Positions 1-12,933 of a DNA stretch of 64,000 nucleotides are shown here, in pieces. Location: contig OX597825.1 in NCBI GenBank assembly GCA_951406725.2, positions 41,912,001-41,976,000 of the forward strand. Direction: 5' to 3'. The stretch is from Octopus vulgaris (taxonomy: Eukaryota). Made by a program: the position numbers and the translations under genes. The notes under the pieces were generated by a model that saw nothing but the letters and a program-made list of their open reading frames with translations, made no database searches and was not told the origin of the DNA. Within the stretch, counting starts at the first letter, position 1. Each line of letters opens with the position of its first letter.

Positions 1-29
1 ATTCCTGACTTAGTTCATTTATTACATGC

Positions 30-900
30 AATTTTGTAACATCTTGTTAGAAATGGTTTTTCATCTGTCACTTTGGTTAACAAATTCAGGCAAATATTCA
101 CCTCAAATTTTGCATAAAGCTTGGCAAATCTGCCCCTGAGAACCTCAAAATACCTTGCTATGCTTTTGGCAAGTAATTTTTCATTCGAACATAGTCTTTT
201 GAATGACATCTACATTTAATGACTTGTCAAGTATTACTTCAAAATGACGAGTGTTCAGGACTCCTAATTATTGGCAAAATGTCTGAAAATCTTTGGAAAA
301 TAATTATGGACTCATCCATGAAAGCTGTCACTTAACTGTTCATCATTTCTATAACATGGTAGGATTTAGTATATGGAGTCTGCCAGATGTTTGTCATGAA
401 AAACCTGAAGTGTGTCTTCCAGTATTGAGATTTAATTAAAACTGCCACATTTTGATGTGTGCTTTACACTTTGTGAGAAGGTTGATGCAATGTAACTTTC
501 ATTTGTAGAATCATGGAAGGTGTTGAAAGTTGAACATATGCCTTGGAATTGAAGAAAAGCAGACTTTCAAACTAAACAGATCTTTTTATAGTTAGAGATT
601 CATAGCAAATTTTCTGGTTCACTTATTTGTTCATTCCATAGCATCTTTATAAACTCAGTTGGCTATAAAAGGACTGCTGCGATACCCAACTTTTGAAGTA
701 CAAATGTAAAGCTGACCATGGGAAAAGATGGTATGTCAAACCCAGTTCAATGACTTTCAATGATTGCTTATGAAACTCCATTAACTGTGGAGCATCGTAT
801 TTGTTCCAGTGAATCCTGTATTATTCATTCTGAAGTTTGGGAGAATCTAAGTTACAAAACAGTATTAATGGTGCTCCAAGTTTCAACAGCAAATTCTATG
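30..900 (-). mobile_element. Possible very old LINE (CR1/Jockey-like) RT remnant
   Basis: Broken minus-strand peptides (PQLMEFH..., LQKLGIAAVLL) loosely resemble LINE RT segments. There are many stops and frameshifts. Confidence 0.25.
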
Positions 901-1514
901 GAGGGCTTCTGCTAGTTCAAAGCTATCAGATAACTCGGTTCAGGGAAATGAATTTGTCCACTGATTTATTGCATCTTTTCTCACTGAGGTGCATCTCTAG
1001 TAAACTTCTGTCAACATCTCCTATAGCCACAATTTTGCTGCTAAGATTGCTTGCTTACAGAATCCTTTTATTTAGGATCCTTTTATCATATTTGACCATT
1101 TGGAAAGGTTGTGGCTTTTGGTTTCTGTTCTGTTTGAAATGACAACTAAATTCAGTCACCAAGGTTCCTCTCAAGAAATTCATTCCCCTTCTAAGTAGCT
1201 GCGTAGAAAACTCAACAGTCAGTATTATCACTATTGAAGTATGGTCAATTATTACTAGTAAAGTGTTTTAAGTAGGTTTTGATCTAATCAGCTCAGATTC
1301 CTCAAAGAATAACAGTAAGGACTTGTCTTAAATTACCAGCATGACCTATGTTCATTTGCTCCTTGTATTACCTATGTGTTTTCTTTCAGATCTTGTATTG
1401 TCAGTTCTAAGACTTCAACAACTTGATGGCAATTTACGCTGGCTTCATCCCTCATGATCAATTTGTATCTTTGCTGAAGTTTGGCATTGGCTGACTTCTT
1501 AGCACATATATATG

Positions 1515-1895
1515 TTTCTGAGATGAGGAATTAATATTAGGTACTAGTTGGAGTGGTGTCCTCATCTTGATTGTTGCTTTTAGCTGGACTAATACATAAT
1601 ACAAAAATCCCACATCTCAGAAATATATGACTGTGTTATGCAATTGGAAAGGAATAGACATAAAACATCAATGGAGTTTTATAAGCTTTCACAATTCCCT
1701 CTGACACAGTCTATGGGCTTAGTGTAGTGCATAAAAGTGCTTGATAGTGGAATGCTGTCACCTAGAGATTCTGAGTTTAATCCTGGGTTCACTAAGGTGA
1801 ATCACAAGACACTTGATGAAGGCTAGAGTGTACACAATCAAAATATAGTGAAAGCAACAACCAAGATAGAGACACCACTCCAACTAATACATAAC
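1515..1895. mobile_element. Fold-back element with degenerate hammerhead-like motif
   Basis: 1541-1580 is an imperfect inverted repeat of 1851-1890. The sequence cac-TTGATGA-aggct...c-AAAA-ta-TA-gtg lies at 1810-1850. Confidence 0.55.
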
Positions 1896-2367
1896 TTCTT
1901 AATGTTTCACAAGGGTTGGTCATGTTATATAAGATCTAAGAATAGCTTTAACATATGCCACAATGATACTGCAAGAGTGATATGCAGGCCTAAGTGAACT
2001 TTTTCAAGCGGATTTGTATGAAAGATCTTTCCTTTACCACTAGAAGCATCAATGAGAAGAGTTTTCTTCTTACCTCCAAAGCAATTAATGATGCTGTAAT
2101 TTATTTTTATCTACAAACTGATCCAATGCTTGAATATCATAGTTGATTCCTTAAAAGATATACTGATACTACTGTAGTGGAACATTTCTCTCATTCAACT
2201 TCCATTTCTTCCTTTGGCCTGGGCATCCAAAAGATGCTTTCTGCCAATGTACCTTGGGGATCAATACCCCCAAATTGTGCTGATTCTGTGGAGATTCACC
2301 CAACTCTTGCCGACATGGAAATCAAACTAAATCAATGATGATAATGATGATAATGTGATAGATAAAC

Positions 2368-2445
2368 GGATGGATGGATGGATGGATGGATGGATGGATG
2401 GATGGATGGATGGACAGACGGACAGACAGACATACAGACAGACAT
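2368..2445. repeat. (GGAT)n/(GACA)n microsatellite
   Basis: Read directly. Confidence 0.95.
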
Positions 2446-4576
2446 GTAGGAAACTTATCTATGAAATGAACTAATGCTGCTCAGTTTCAATTCTCAGGAG
2501 TAACTTTATACATCAGTTATATTGTAAATGTTCTTGAAAAGGAATGAGTAACAACTGATAATCTCTCTCATGTTGTGGCAATGTAATATTCTAAGAGAAA
2601 TTGCTTTCATAACAAGCTAACTCCAGCACCATACATGATATTAAATGAAAGATATGTATTCAAGCAAGTTGTGAATAGAATATATTGCCATTTATATTTG
2701 TACCCACAATAAAGCACCATATTCACCCTTACTGTCTTGATACTGCACTCTTTCAATAATGCTTTTTCCTTTTTTTTTTTATATATGATCAACAAGAATA
2801 TATTGATTAAAGTCTCATCTGTAATTACCAAGAGTATTTTGAAATTCTTCCCTAGAGATGAAAATTATTTTAATAACATTTCTGCTAGTCTTGATATTTT
2901 GCCAATTCATATTAATTTATTCTGCAGCAGTTTGGAGAAATGAACAAATTTGAAGCATCAAATGATGTTTAGCATATTTTTGCTTTGCTCATCTAATTAT
3001 TGAATTTTTCTATTTTTCTATTTTCTCCCATAAAATACATTTTAAAATTATCAGTGTAGTCATGTGCTGAAAAAGTCATTTGCTCTATTTCAAAATCTAA
3101 AGCTTTTCTCCTTTCATTTTATTTCATTCTTTATCAATATATCTTAGATCATGTCTCCTCAAGTATGTCTCTTTTCTTTCTTTTTATTGCCTTTTCCAGG
3201 CAATCATCTGCATAGAAATTTTCTCCATAAATTACCTGACTTATTCATGGATTTACTGAAGCAGTTGTGCTATGCTCTGCTTTGTCAAACATCAAGTTAG
3301 TTTGACATCATCACTTGACTCCAAGTCACTCTTATAAATTTATTTAGAGCATTGAAACAATAGAAGTAAATTTTATTTTAGGCTGGGACTTCATCTTAAC
3401 TTTTTGTATGTAAGCAGCAAAAATTTCACTTTACTAGTTTTATCATTCCCCTTGAGAAATACATGAATGTTACAAAATATCCTCCTCCTCTGATAAATTT
3501 GAGGTTCTGAAAGAAATCTCAGAGTCAGTATGTTCAGTATTTAAACAGAAACATTATTAGCTCTGCAATTGCTATAAGAAATCTGCACAAATTCAACCAG
3601 ACTGCTTGTGTCGCTTTTATAATTGATATGACTGTTGAGTTCTGATGAAAATTAGTTAAACTAAAATTTAAAATAGTTAAATATGTTTAAGAGCCATATA
3701 CTGTATTGTTTTTCTTCATATACTATGTTCACAAGTATCAGTGATTATGAGCCATCACTATCCTTTTAGCTTTCTAATTATCACTAAATTTTCATGGATT
3801 TGTCTCCTGTCCTGAAGTTCAGTTAAGATAGCCTCCTATAGTTTTCTGCACATCCTATTCAATATCTGTTTCTGTATCTGCAGTATTGATAAGCTTTTGC
3901 ACCAGTTGATGTTTAAGTTCACATAACAATATTTAAAACTGGGAGCAGTGTATGCTCTTAGGTCTCTTTTCTACACTGGTATTGATAACTACTTTTTCAA
4001 CAATATATATTTGATCTTAATAAAAGCAGTTTTGATCTGATCAACTTCTTTTTTATTGTTAAGATGTAGGATTCAAAGTTGTCAACTTGTTTCAATTAAT
4101 TATACTTGTGTTGGATTACTGTCTCAACATTCAGGAGCTAATTCCATCTCTTGATATATTTCACCAACAGTTGCACACACTTTATGTTGACATTGCCATT
4201 GTTAATGTCATTGTTGTCATCATCATCATCCTCATATTCACTACCACCATCAGCATCATCGTCACCATCATTTAACATCTGCTTTCCATGATAAGTAATT
4301 TGACAGGATTGACAAGTCAGAGGACACATCTCACTTGAATATTTCTGTTTTAGCATGGTTTCTACAGCTGGACACCAACTACATTGCTATATAGTTTGAA
4401 AAGAGATGCTATTTTCCATCTTCTAGCTATCAAGAGAGAAGTAGTTAGTTTAAGTATAACCCCCACCACCCCTATGCAATAAATCCAGTTCTGTTATAGA
4501 AAAGGGAGTTCTAAAATAAAGTAGACTAGAGACTTCTGCCAGAGTTTCAGAGACATCAATTAATAATAATAATAAT

Positions 4577-4788
4577 GGTTCCAAATTTTGGCACAAGGCC
4601 AGCAATTTTAGTGGAGAGGATGACTCAGTTACATCAACCCCAGAGTTCAGCAGGTACTTATATTATCAACCCCAAAAAGATGAAAGAAAAAGTTGACCTT
4701 GGCTCAATTTGAACTCAGAATATAAGGCTGAATGAAATGCGACTAAGCATTTTGCCCAGCATGCTAATGATTGTACCAGCTCACCACC
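4577..4788 (-). mobile_element. tRNA-type SINE, family A
   Basis: Matches the other copies (aaaagatgaaag...aagttgacct...aatttgaactcagaa...ccagctcaccacc). The reverse complement has a B-box-like GAGTTCAAATT. Confidence 0.8.
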
Positions 4789-4794
4789 CTAAAT

Positions 4795-4881
4795 CAATAA
4801 TAACGATAACAACAACAACAACAACAACAACAACAATAATAATAATAATGATAATGATAATAATAATAATAGTAATAATAT

Positions 4882-4912
<31 letters not shown>

Positions 4913-4917
4913 AAGAT
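4795..4917. repeat. (AAC)n/(AAT)n/(AAG)n compound microsatellite
   Basis: Read directly. Confidence 0.95.
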
Positions 4918-5102
4918 AAAAATCCTTCCCAAGTCATAGGACCATTTTCCCAATTTCTGTGGCAAATATATCCTCCCTGGACAGGATGCTGATCCATCAC
5001 AGGTTTACTCATTTTTACCAGCTGAGTGAACTGGAGCAATGTGAAATGAAATGTTTTGCCGTGTTGCAAAGTCAAGGAATCAAAACTACAATCTTACAAT
5101 AA

Positions 5103-5298
5103 TGAATCCCAAATTTTGGCACAGGCCAGTAATTTCACTCAATTACATCAGAACCCAGTTTTCAACTGATTCTTATTTTACTAACCCTGATAAGATGAAA
5201 GCAAGTAAACCTCACCAGAATTTGAACTCAGAATGTGAAAATGGACAAAATGACATGAAGCATTTTGCCTAACATGCTAACAATTCTCTCAGCTCATC
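5103..5298 (-). mobile_element. SINE family A, degenerate
   Basis: Similar to 4577-4788 and 25812-26042. Confidence 0.7.
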
Positions 5299-5304
5299 AA
5301 CAGG

Positions 5305-6345
5305 CTCTACATGAAGAGGGGTAAAGATGGACATGGGCTGATTAGCATACAGGAGCATGTCAACTGTGAAAAAGGAAATATGGCAGAATATTTGGTAAAC
5401 AGCAAACAAGACCTGCTACACTAAGCTGCTAGTGCAGAAGGATTTAACAAAATGGGCTTGAGAGTGCTCCTGAATTCCAATCAAGAACAGCCAATGAGAG
5501 AGAAGAAACCCTATTCCACAGGGAATTACATGGTCAGTTCCACTGTGAAACCAACAAATTAAAAGACCAGGAAGCATCGTGGAGGTGGCTTAACAAGGGT
5601 TACCTAAAAGAGAATACTGAATCATCGCTGCCCAGGAGCAGGCATTGAATACCAACTCAGTGCAAAAGAAGATATGTCACACAAGTGCAACAGACCTCTG
5701 TAGAATGTATAGGAAGTGGGCCAGACGCATGACTCACATTGTTAGTGCTTGTGAAAGTCTTGTGCAGAAAGAGTACAAGTGTAGACATGACAAAGTAACC
5801 CAAAACCTCCACTGGCTATGCCATAAGCATGGATACGAGGCTATGAGTGCTTGGCACCAACATACACTGGAAAAAGTAATGGACAAAAAGGAGAAGGCAA
5901 AAATTCCCTGGGGCTTTGACTTCCAGACAGCACCGAAGTAACCTTTAGGTGGGACAAGCAACTGTGCCTAATAATTGATCTTGCAGTGCCAGAAAATCAA
6001 CATATCATCATGAAAGAAAGAGAAAAGGTTGATAAATATGGATACCTAAAAATTGAGATCGCTAAGATGTAACAGCTATGAGAGTCAAACATAAAGGTTA
6101 TCCCTATTGTCATTGGAGCATTGGGTTCAATACCACTCAGTCTGAAAAAATATCTGAAGACTTTAGACATATCCTACAATCTAGGTGTATTGCAAAAGTC
6201 AGCATTACTTGGAGCTGTATGCATATTGCGTAAAGTATTGTCTGAGGTCCTTGTTGTGATTTGACAAACTGTACAAACCCCCAGTAGACACAATATCTTC
6301 AATCAAGAACCTCATGATATTGTATACTGTGTGTCATCTATAATA
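5305..6345 (+). mobile_element. R4/Dong-like non-LTR retrotransposon 3' fragment (CCHC knuckle plus restriction-like endonuclease), pseudogenised
   Basis: Peptides AAQEQALNTN, CRM...HIVSAC...YKCRHDKV, IIDLAVP...EKVDKY and VIPIVIGALG...LQKSALLG. Ends in TAA repeats at about 6339-6360. Confidence 0.85.
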
Positions 6346-6361
6346 ATAATGATGATAATAA

Positions 6362-6553
6362 TTCACAAGACGTGAAATTTGGGGGAGAGAGAGACAAGTT
6401 GATCACATCAACCTCAGTGCTCAACTGGTACTTACTTTAGGATGAACAGCAAAGTGAATCTTGTCAGAATTTAAACTCAGAACATAAAGAGCTAGAAGAA
6501 ATGCTATTAAACATCTTGTCTCATGTACTAATGATTCTACCAGCTCGCCACCT
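6362..6553 (-). mobile_element. SINE family A
   Basis: Similar to the other family A copies. Confidence 0.7.
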
Positions 6554-6645
6554 TAACAACAACACTAATATTGATAGGTTGTCTCTGAATGTTCACATTG
6601 ACTGTTCATATGTATAGTCACAGTTTATAGTATCAAAAGTAGATC

Positions 6646-6787
6646 ACCTAAAAATTGAGATCGCTAAGATGTAACAGCTATGAAAGTCAAACGTAAAGGT
6701 TATCCCTATTGCCATTGGAGCATCGGGTTCAATACCACTCAGTCTGAAAAAAACATCTGAAAACTTTAGAAATATTCTACAATCTAG
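6646..6787 (+). repeat. Local duplicate of LINE segment 6044-6184
   Basis: Near-identical ~140 bp, including the same in-frame stop (atgTAAcagcta). Confidence 0.9.
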
Positions 6788-8171
6788 ATGTAGATTTCTG
6801 TCCTGAGCCATTGTGACGATCATGCAATAAAGTCCCATGTTTAATCTCACTGAGCTGTGTTTAGTAATTCCTTGCATACCTAAACTATGAATAGTGTAAT
6901 TAACCTAGTAATTTAACTTTTCCATTGTTTAGGCATGTCCAAGTCACCAAAAGTTTTGCAACCCCAATATCTCTTCCACAATGGGAGCTTGCCTTTCTTC
7001 AGGATGATAGTGCTCCTGAAGTTGTCATTTTTGTTGCTGCTTAGGATCTACCTTAGATGTCTTATATATACATGCAGATATATTTTACCTGTTTCAGGAA
7101 GGGTAAGTAGGTATTTTGAAAATACCTCATTGAGTGATAACCATGCCCTGCATAGTTGCAGGCTGCCCTTTGGCAAAGCATGGTATCCATCCAGCCACTC
7201 TGCAGTATGGCAGATTGTGAAGAGGTTATGGAAGAGCTCAACTAGGTCAATGGTGCTTCTTATATTGATGCTGAATGAAGGAACTCAAGAAGATCAACGG
7301 TCAGGATCACCAAGCTCTATCAAGAGAATAACTGCAATGCATCTATAGAGGTAGCATCCATGGTTGTGTAATCAGCTAATGAAAGATTCACTATGACTCA
7401 AGCTCTCGATTCAAATTCATAATAAGGGAATTGGATTGCAACAGAGAGTCATGGGAAACTGAAAAAGGAATGTAAAAAATAAATGTACTATTTGAAGGAG
7501 TTGATAGGATTGTATACTAATCTTCATCAAGCTGGACAATATTTACCTAATGCCTTGCAGAGTAGAGGACAAAAGATAAAAATAATAGTCATCCATAATA
7601 ACTGCTTGATATGCTTTCGCTAATGCTGTTTCTCAGATACCTTTCATATGTTCTCTTCATAGCAAATAAGAACTATAATGTAATCCACATTTTCATGATG
7701 TTGCAAAACATGAAACTACTTGAATAGTTTCTTTCATTTTCTTCAGAGAAATTCAAAAGATAAAAGCATGACCAGAGGAATGAGATCTTTTAGTTTATTT
7801 TAAACATCTATAATCATACATTATACAAGATTCAACACTGCTTTTAATCTCTCAAGTGTTTATAAATACTAGTAATTCTAGTCAAGTCATTTTCTTTATC
7901 AAAAACTACAATACTTACCAAAATGATATTACTGGTTCTGGTAGCTGAGTGACAAAGTACAAATTCCTGAGTCTTTTTGTTATATGTTTAGGAAGAATGT
8001 ATTAACTCCACAAACCTAACATATTTAGCTAAATAAATGCGTACCTACAGCTTTAATAACAATGGTGAAATTTGCTTTTGCTGAATCCTTTTTTTATATT
8101 TTATTTAACCAATAATTCATGCACAATGGCTTTGAAGTTACAGCTACAGATACTATATATCAAATCTTATA

Positions 8172-8383
8172 CCCTTTCTACTATAGGCGCAAGGCCTCAA
8201 ATTTTTTTGTTGGGGCTGATCAATTACATCGACTCCAGTTCTTAGCTGGTACTTATTTCATCAATCCTAAAAGGATGAAAGGCAAAGTGAACCTTGGTGG
8301 AATTTGAACTCAGAACAAAGAGAAACAAAATGCTGCTAAGCATATTGCCCAGCTCACTCACAATTCTGCCAGCTCGCCACCTT
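8172..8383 (-). mobile_element. SINE family A
   Basis: aaaggatgaaaggcaaagtgaaccttggtggaatttgaactcagaac...ctgccagctcgccacc. Confidence 0.85.
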
Positions 8384-8766
8384 TATACCAAATATTACAT
8401 CAATCATCCAATAGACTGATATGTCTACCTGACATTTACTATTACCATTCTAGTTACCAGTTGAACTGTTAGTGATATAATGAGTGAAAAATATCACATT
8501 GGTTACATTTTTCTTAACTCACGCTAATAAAGTTTGAAGAATTCTCTGTTGGTATACTATGATATATAATTAGATTCTACTTCACTGTTAGCATAGCTCG
8601 AAATGGGTGGTCTACCCTGGGCAACAAATTTTGGAAGGTGGCACTCTTGCTTTAAGGCAATATAAAAAACTAAAAGCTATTTTCTTCCATCCAAAGAGTT
8701 AAAGGCTCCAGTCAATATTTTTCCCACAAAAACAAATGGAAACAAATTCCTGGTTGCAGTACAAGT

Positions 8767-9030
8767 TATTGTTATACTTGGGTCTTCGTTTCAGCGTCTT
8801 CATTATTATTATTTTGGTTTCTTTGTCAAAGCTCTTTCACCACACATTAAAATGGAATAAGCAGAACAAGAGGAGACATGTAGGATAGGAAGTCACTGAA
8901 GAGGTCATAGGATTTATGATGAAAGAGCTTTGACAAAGAAACTAAAACAATAATAATAGAGCTGAAAAGAAGACCAATATAGTGAGCATGTTTAATTGGA
9001 AAAATATGAACATCCCCAAGTATAACAATA
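8767..9030. mobile_element. Fold-back element carrying a hammerhead motif
   Basis: Inverted arms at 8781-8842 and 8917-8975, with an extra arm pair at 8767-8782 and 9014-9030. Confidence 0.7.
8892..8934 (+). ncRNA. Minimal type-I hammerhead ribozyme candidate
   Basis: gtca-CTGAAGA-g-gtcata(ggatt)tatgat-GAAA-gagc-TT-tgac. Stem I is gtca/tgac, stem II pairs, and the NUH triplet is CUU. Confidence 0.6.
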
Positions 9031-9274
9031 TCTGTTTGAACTCTTAGTTTTCCAAGTATAAATTATGTTGTCTTGAAATTTAGCTGATGCCATCAACCTC
9101 AGCACTTGACAGAAACTTTATTTTATTGACCTCAAAATCATGGAATTTCAAGTTGACCTTTGTAGGATTTGAACTCAGAATGGAAAATTTCAACCACCAG
9201 CTATTTCATCCAACACTCTACTAATTCTACAAATCCTCTGCTCTGTACTTAATTAGTGAGGTCAGGGTAAAAGT

Positions 9275-9585
9275 AAGGTAAAGACCCCCTTCGGTTACAG
9301 AGAATCATGAGATTGCACCTAGAAAGTCCAGGCAAGATTGTTTGTGGAAGACCACCACTTGCCCATGCATGCCATCCCAGCCTCTCTGTAACACCAATGC
9401 TGTGCAAGCAAAAGGCAAAGGCTGATACAGCTTGGCACCAGAGTTGTCACAGCTCATTTCTACAGCTGAGTGTACTGAAGCAACATGAAATTAAGTGTCT
9501 TGCTCAAGAATACAACATTCAGCCTAGTCTGGGAATCAAACTTGCAATTTCACAATTGTAAACCACTGAGCCATGTGCCTTCAGC
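9275..9585 (-). mobile_element. SINE family C
   Basis: gctgagtg...gcaacatgaaattaagtgtcttgctcaaga...gggaatcaaac. Partial copies lie at about 5020-5100 and 56190-56310. Confidence 0.6.
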
Positions 9586-10029
9586 CCAATTAGTAATAAC
9601 ATAGATATAATGTTTATTTCTTAGAGAAGGGAATTAAATATTTATAATAACACAGGTCTACTAAATAGAACATTTTGAAAATTGCTGTGATAATTTCATG
9701 TTTTTTTAATATATTTTTGCAGTGCTAGCTGAAAATATCAAAAAAATCTCTTTCCCATTACCTAAGGTTTCTTACACTTTAATTATGGAATATACCATAA
9801 TCTATAGGCAAATTCACATATAGTAGGACAAAATGAAACTAATAAAAATGAATTTGGTACTTTACTTAGCAAAATAAAATGGCACAAATGCAACTGAATG
9901 GTGAAAAAATAGACTTTTACAAGGTTTCCATTTATGTTTTAGGTTCAGCACCCCAAAATTTCATTTTTAGCACATGGAAGCTATGCCTAGAACCGTTTTA
10001 CTTGAGATCGTTTGAGGGACACTAACAAT

Positions 10030-10680
10030 GCATCATCCATGAGTAGATGGCCATCATACTGACATTCTACCTACCCTGAAATTTCCCTTCCATCTCCTTT
10101 AGTTCTTAATGAAAACTTTCCCCTACTTCTCACTCACATCTCCCACATTTTCCAGAAAGGTATCCAAAAGAGCATGTAGGAAATGAATTCTAATGTTCAT
10201 TTTATGCTTTAAAATTTTCCCGTATTCTTCACACTGTGTCTTTGTAGTTTTGATCCTTATGAATACCCAAGAAATTCTTCATCACATCCTTAAAATTAAT
10301 CCAAACATGTTTTCAGAATCACCAAGAGAGTTTTCACAATTCTTATCCTTGATGAGATTATTTATATCTGGTCCTATAGATACACTCACTCTAACTTTGG
10401 TGTCTGATAGAACAGGAAACATGCTACACAAATACTTGAAACCCTCTCCATCCTATTGCAAAGTTTTTACGAATTGCTCCAAAAGACCAAGTTTTATATG
10501 TAGAGGTGCAAAAGAACCCTTTTATGCTCAACCAAACTCAATTGAAGGATATTCTTTGTTCCTGGTGTAAGTGTATCCTTCTTTGGTTATTCTTTTTTTT
10601 TAGATCAATGAAGGTTCCTGGATCTACTGTCCCATTCACATGAGAAACAAGGAAACTTTGTACCCTGACAGTTGTCCATG
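10030..10680 (-). mobile_element. Chapaev3-type (CMC superfamily) transposase relic
   Basis: Frameshifted peptides TKFPCFSCEWDSR, TPGTKNIL...LVEHKRVLL, PLHIKLGLLEQFVKTL*DGEGFKYL..FPVLSDTK, MNIRIHFLHA and QGR*NVSMMAIYSW match the Chapaev3 C-terminal motifs as I recall them. Confidence 0.7.
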
Positions 10681-11641
10681 TGAAATGTAAAGTGCTTCCT
10701 GGTGGTTATAACAGAAAATGGCCAATCACAAAGCAAATTGTGAGACTCCTCAGAGCAAACAGTTGTCAGTTCATTTCTAACTGAATCTTGGTGTTACTAA
10801 GATGTCACAGAATGTAACAATTCATGGCACTAAGAAACAGTCAGAAATATGATCTCATGAATATTGTGTGTAAAATCTTTGTGATATTTACATCTTTCAT
10901 GAGAGACACTGTCTCCTAAAATGCAGTATATATTTTGAAGGTGATAAACATTTCATTCATACCTCTTCCTGGACTACAAAGAAGTGAATTCATTATGCTT
11001 AATCATTCCTTATCTAATTCCATGCAATTTTCACTTTGTGTGCTAAAAGTGAAGATGAAAATGCAATATCATCTATTCTGAACCAGAGCAGCAAGAAATT
11101 AATGATTAGGTCATCTTTGTTTTTATATTATTAAACCAATGTTTTGCAGACGGAGAGAGAAAAAGGGAGTGGTACAGCTTCTAAAAACAAAGGAAAGGCT
11201 TTGCAGTAAGTATTGAAATAGATTGAAGTGGGTGCAACTGAAACATCTCAATCCAAAAGGAACTATTATTACTGAAACTGAAGTAGTTTCTGCATTCAAG
11301 CAATCAGCAGGGATATTTTCAACTTTTATCTGCTTTAAGCAATGAAGACAGCAAAATAATTTCTGGCTGTGGACTTAGACGATGTTTGCTTATGGTTAGG
11401 AAAGATTAATGATGACACACAGATCTTACTAAGTTGTCAAAGATCATCTATGGTTCAACATTTATATTCTGATTTCAGTAAATTGATACATTAAGGTGTA
11501 TTAGCCAAAGGATAAACTAACCATCTAACACATGAATATTCTTTTAATTCTGATAAATGGAGAACAAATCTTGAGATCATTTGTGGTGGACACCTTTTTC
11601 AAAGAAGCTATTTACTACTTTAGTTGTAGTATATTGACATA

Positions 11642-12933
11642 CAGGGTACGGTGAATAAATTGTCGTCTAAATTACACAAAATGGAAAATAATACTGACAT
11701 AATATTTTAATTCATATATTAACCAAAATTACATAAAAATATCTTGATATATTAAAGAGTAAATTCACTCAATAAAATCGCCATTGGCTTCAACCACAGC
11801 CTCCACATGTCTTTGGAACCTCCCGTAACTCTTCTGGATGGTCTCATTGTTATGTTGGTGAATGCTGCCATAATGCCTGACTTCAGTTCATCTTTGGTGT
11901 TACAAGGAGTTTTGTTGGTCTTTCACACAGCTGCACCCCACACATAAAAATGAAGGGGGGTTGCAGCTTGGGGAGTTAGGGGGCCAGATGTTAAGGGTGA
12001 TATGGTCACAGAAATTGTCTGACAGCCACGACTAGGTTCTCCTGCTTATGTAGCATGGTGCAGAGTCCTGTTGCCAAACATAGGGTTTTCCATCAGCCAC
12101 CCTCTTGACCCAGAGCAGCACTACCTTCTCCAGGTACATGATGTAGGCCTCTGTGTTGGGTCTGAGGCTGTGTGGGGAGATGAATGGAGGCATAACATCG
12201 CTATCACTAGTGATCATTCCAAGCACCATGATGTTGACTGGATGTTTGATTTTTATCACTCTCGGTACATGTTTTAGGAAAGCCAACAATTGTTCTGTGT
12301 GTTCACCATCTGATCCTGGCAAAAATTTTTCTCGTCTGAGGAAAGCCAAAGCATGTTTGGTTGATGTTTAAGTTTGTTCAAATGCTTTGTAGCATGAACT
12401 TTCCTCTTGTCTTTGATAGCTTGGGATAAAAATTGGCCCTTTTCATCTTGTATGAGGAATACCGATTATCTTCATGCACCACCTACCTGATAAGAAACTC
12501 AGACACTCCTATGTCCCTGGTGATGGACCTGATTGACTTGGAGAAATCATTGTCAATCATGGCCTAGATCTCACTGACAAATTCAGGAATTTTTTTCTTA
12601 TCAGAATAATCAAAGTGAGTTTCCTGAGCTGCCGTACCTTCGTAATCACCATTAGACTCATCCAACTCTTTCTGAATCCTCTGCACTGTCCTCAGATTGA
12701 CACCCAAACACTCTGAAATCATTGTATTGGAGCTTCTGGTGTGAATGCCAAGCAGTACAGCATATCATTTCCAAATTTTTGGCAGAGTGAATTGTGTCAT
12801 GGTGTTGTTTTCTTTGCAGACAGTGCCCCAGTGATGCTACTATACTGTGTAGCTGACAAAATCAAAAAACAATCAGTGCGCATGCACTAAAATTAGAAAT
12901 ATAAAATGGCAAGAATTTACCCATTGCACCCTG
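11642..12933 (-). mobile_element. Tc1/mariner maT-type (DD37D) transposon, full extent, defective
   Basis: TA-flanked imperfect TIRs (CAGGGTAC.../...GCACCCTG). Transposase remnant MVLGMITSD...YVWQQDSAPC...IWPPNSP.CNP. Confidence 0.85.

Noticed and set aside
3640-3675. CTGATGA motif
   Set aside because: There is no GAAA/UH arrangement, so it is likely a chance match in AT-rich DNA.
2600-4100. Possible decayed DNA transposase on the minus strand
   Set aside because: Only vague peptide resemblance was found, with no catalytic motif or TIRs identified.
6935-7348. 137-aa ORF
   Set aside because: It has no recognisable motif or convincing exon boundaries and starts next to repeat debris.
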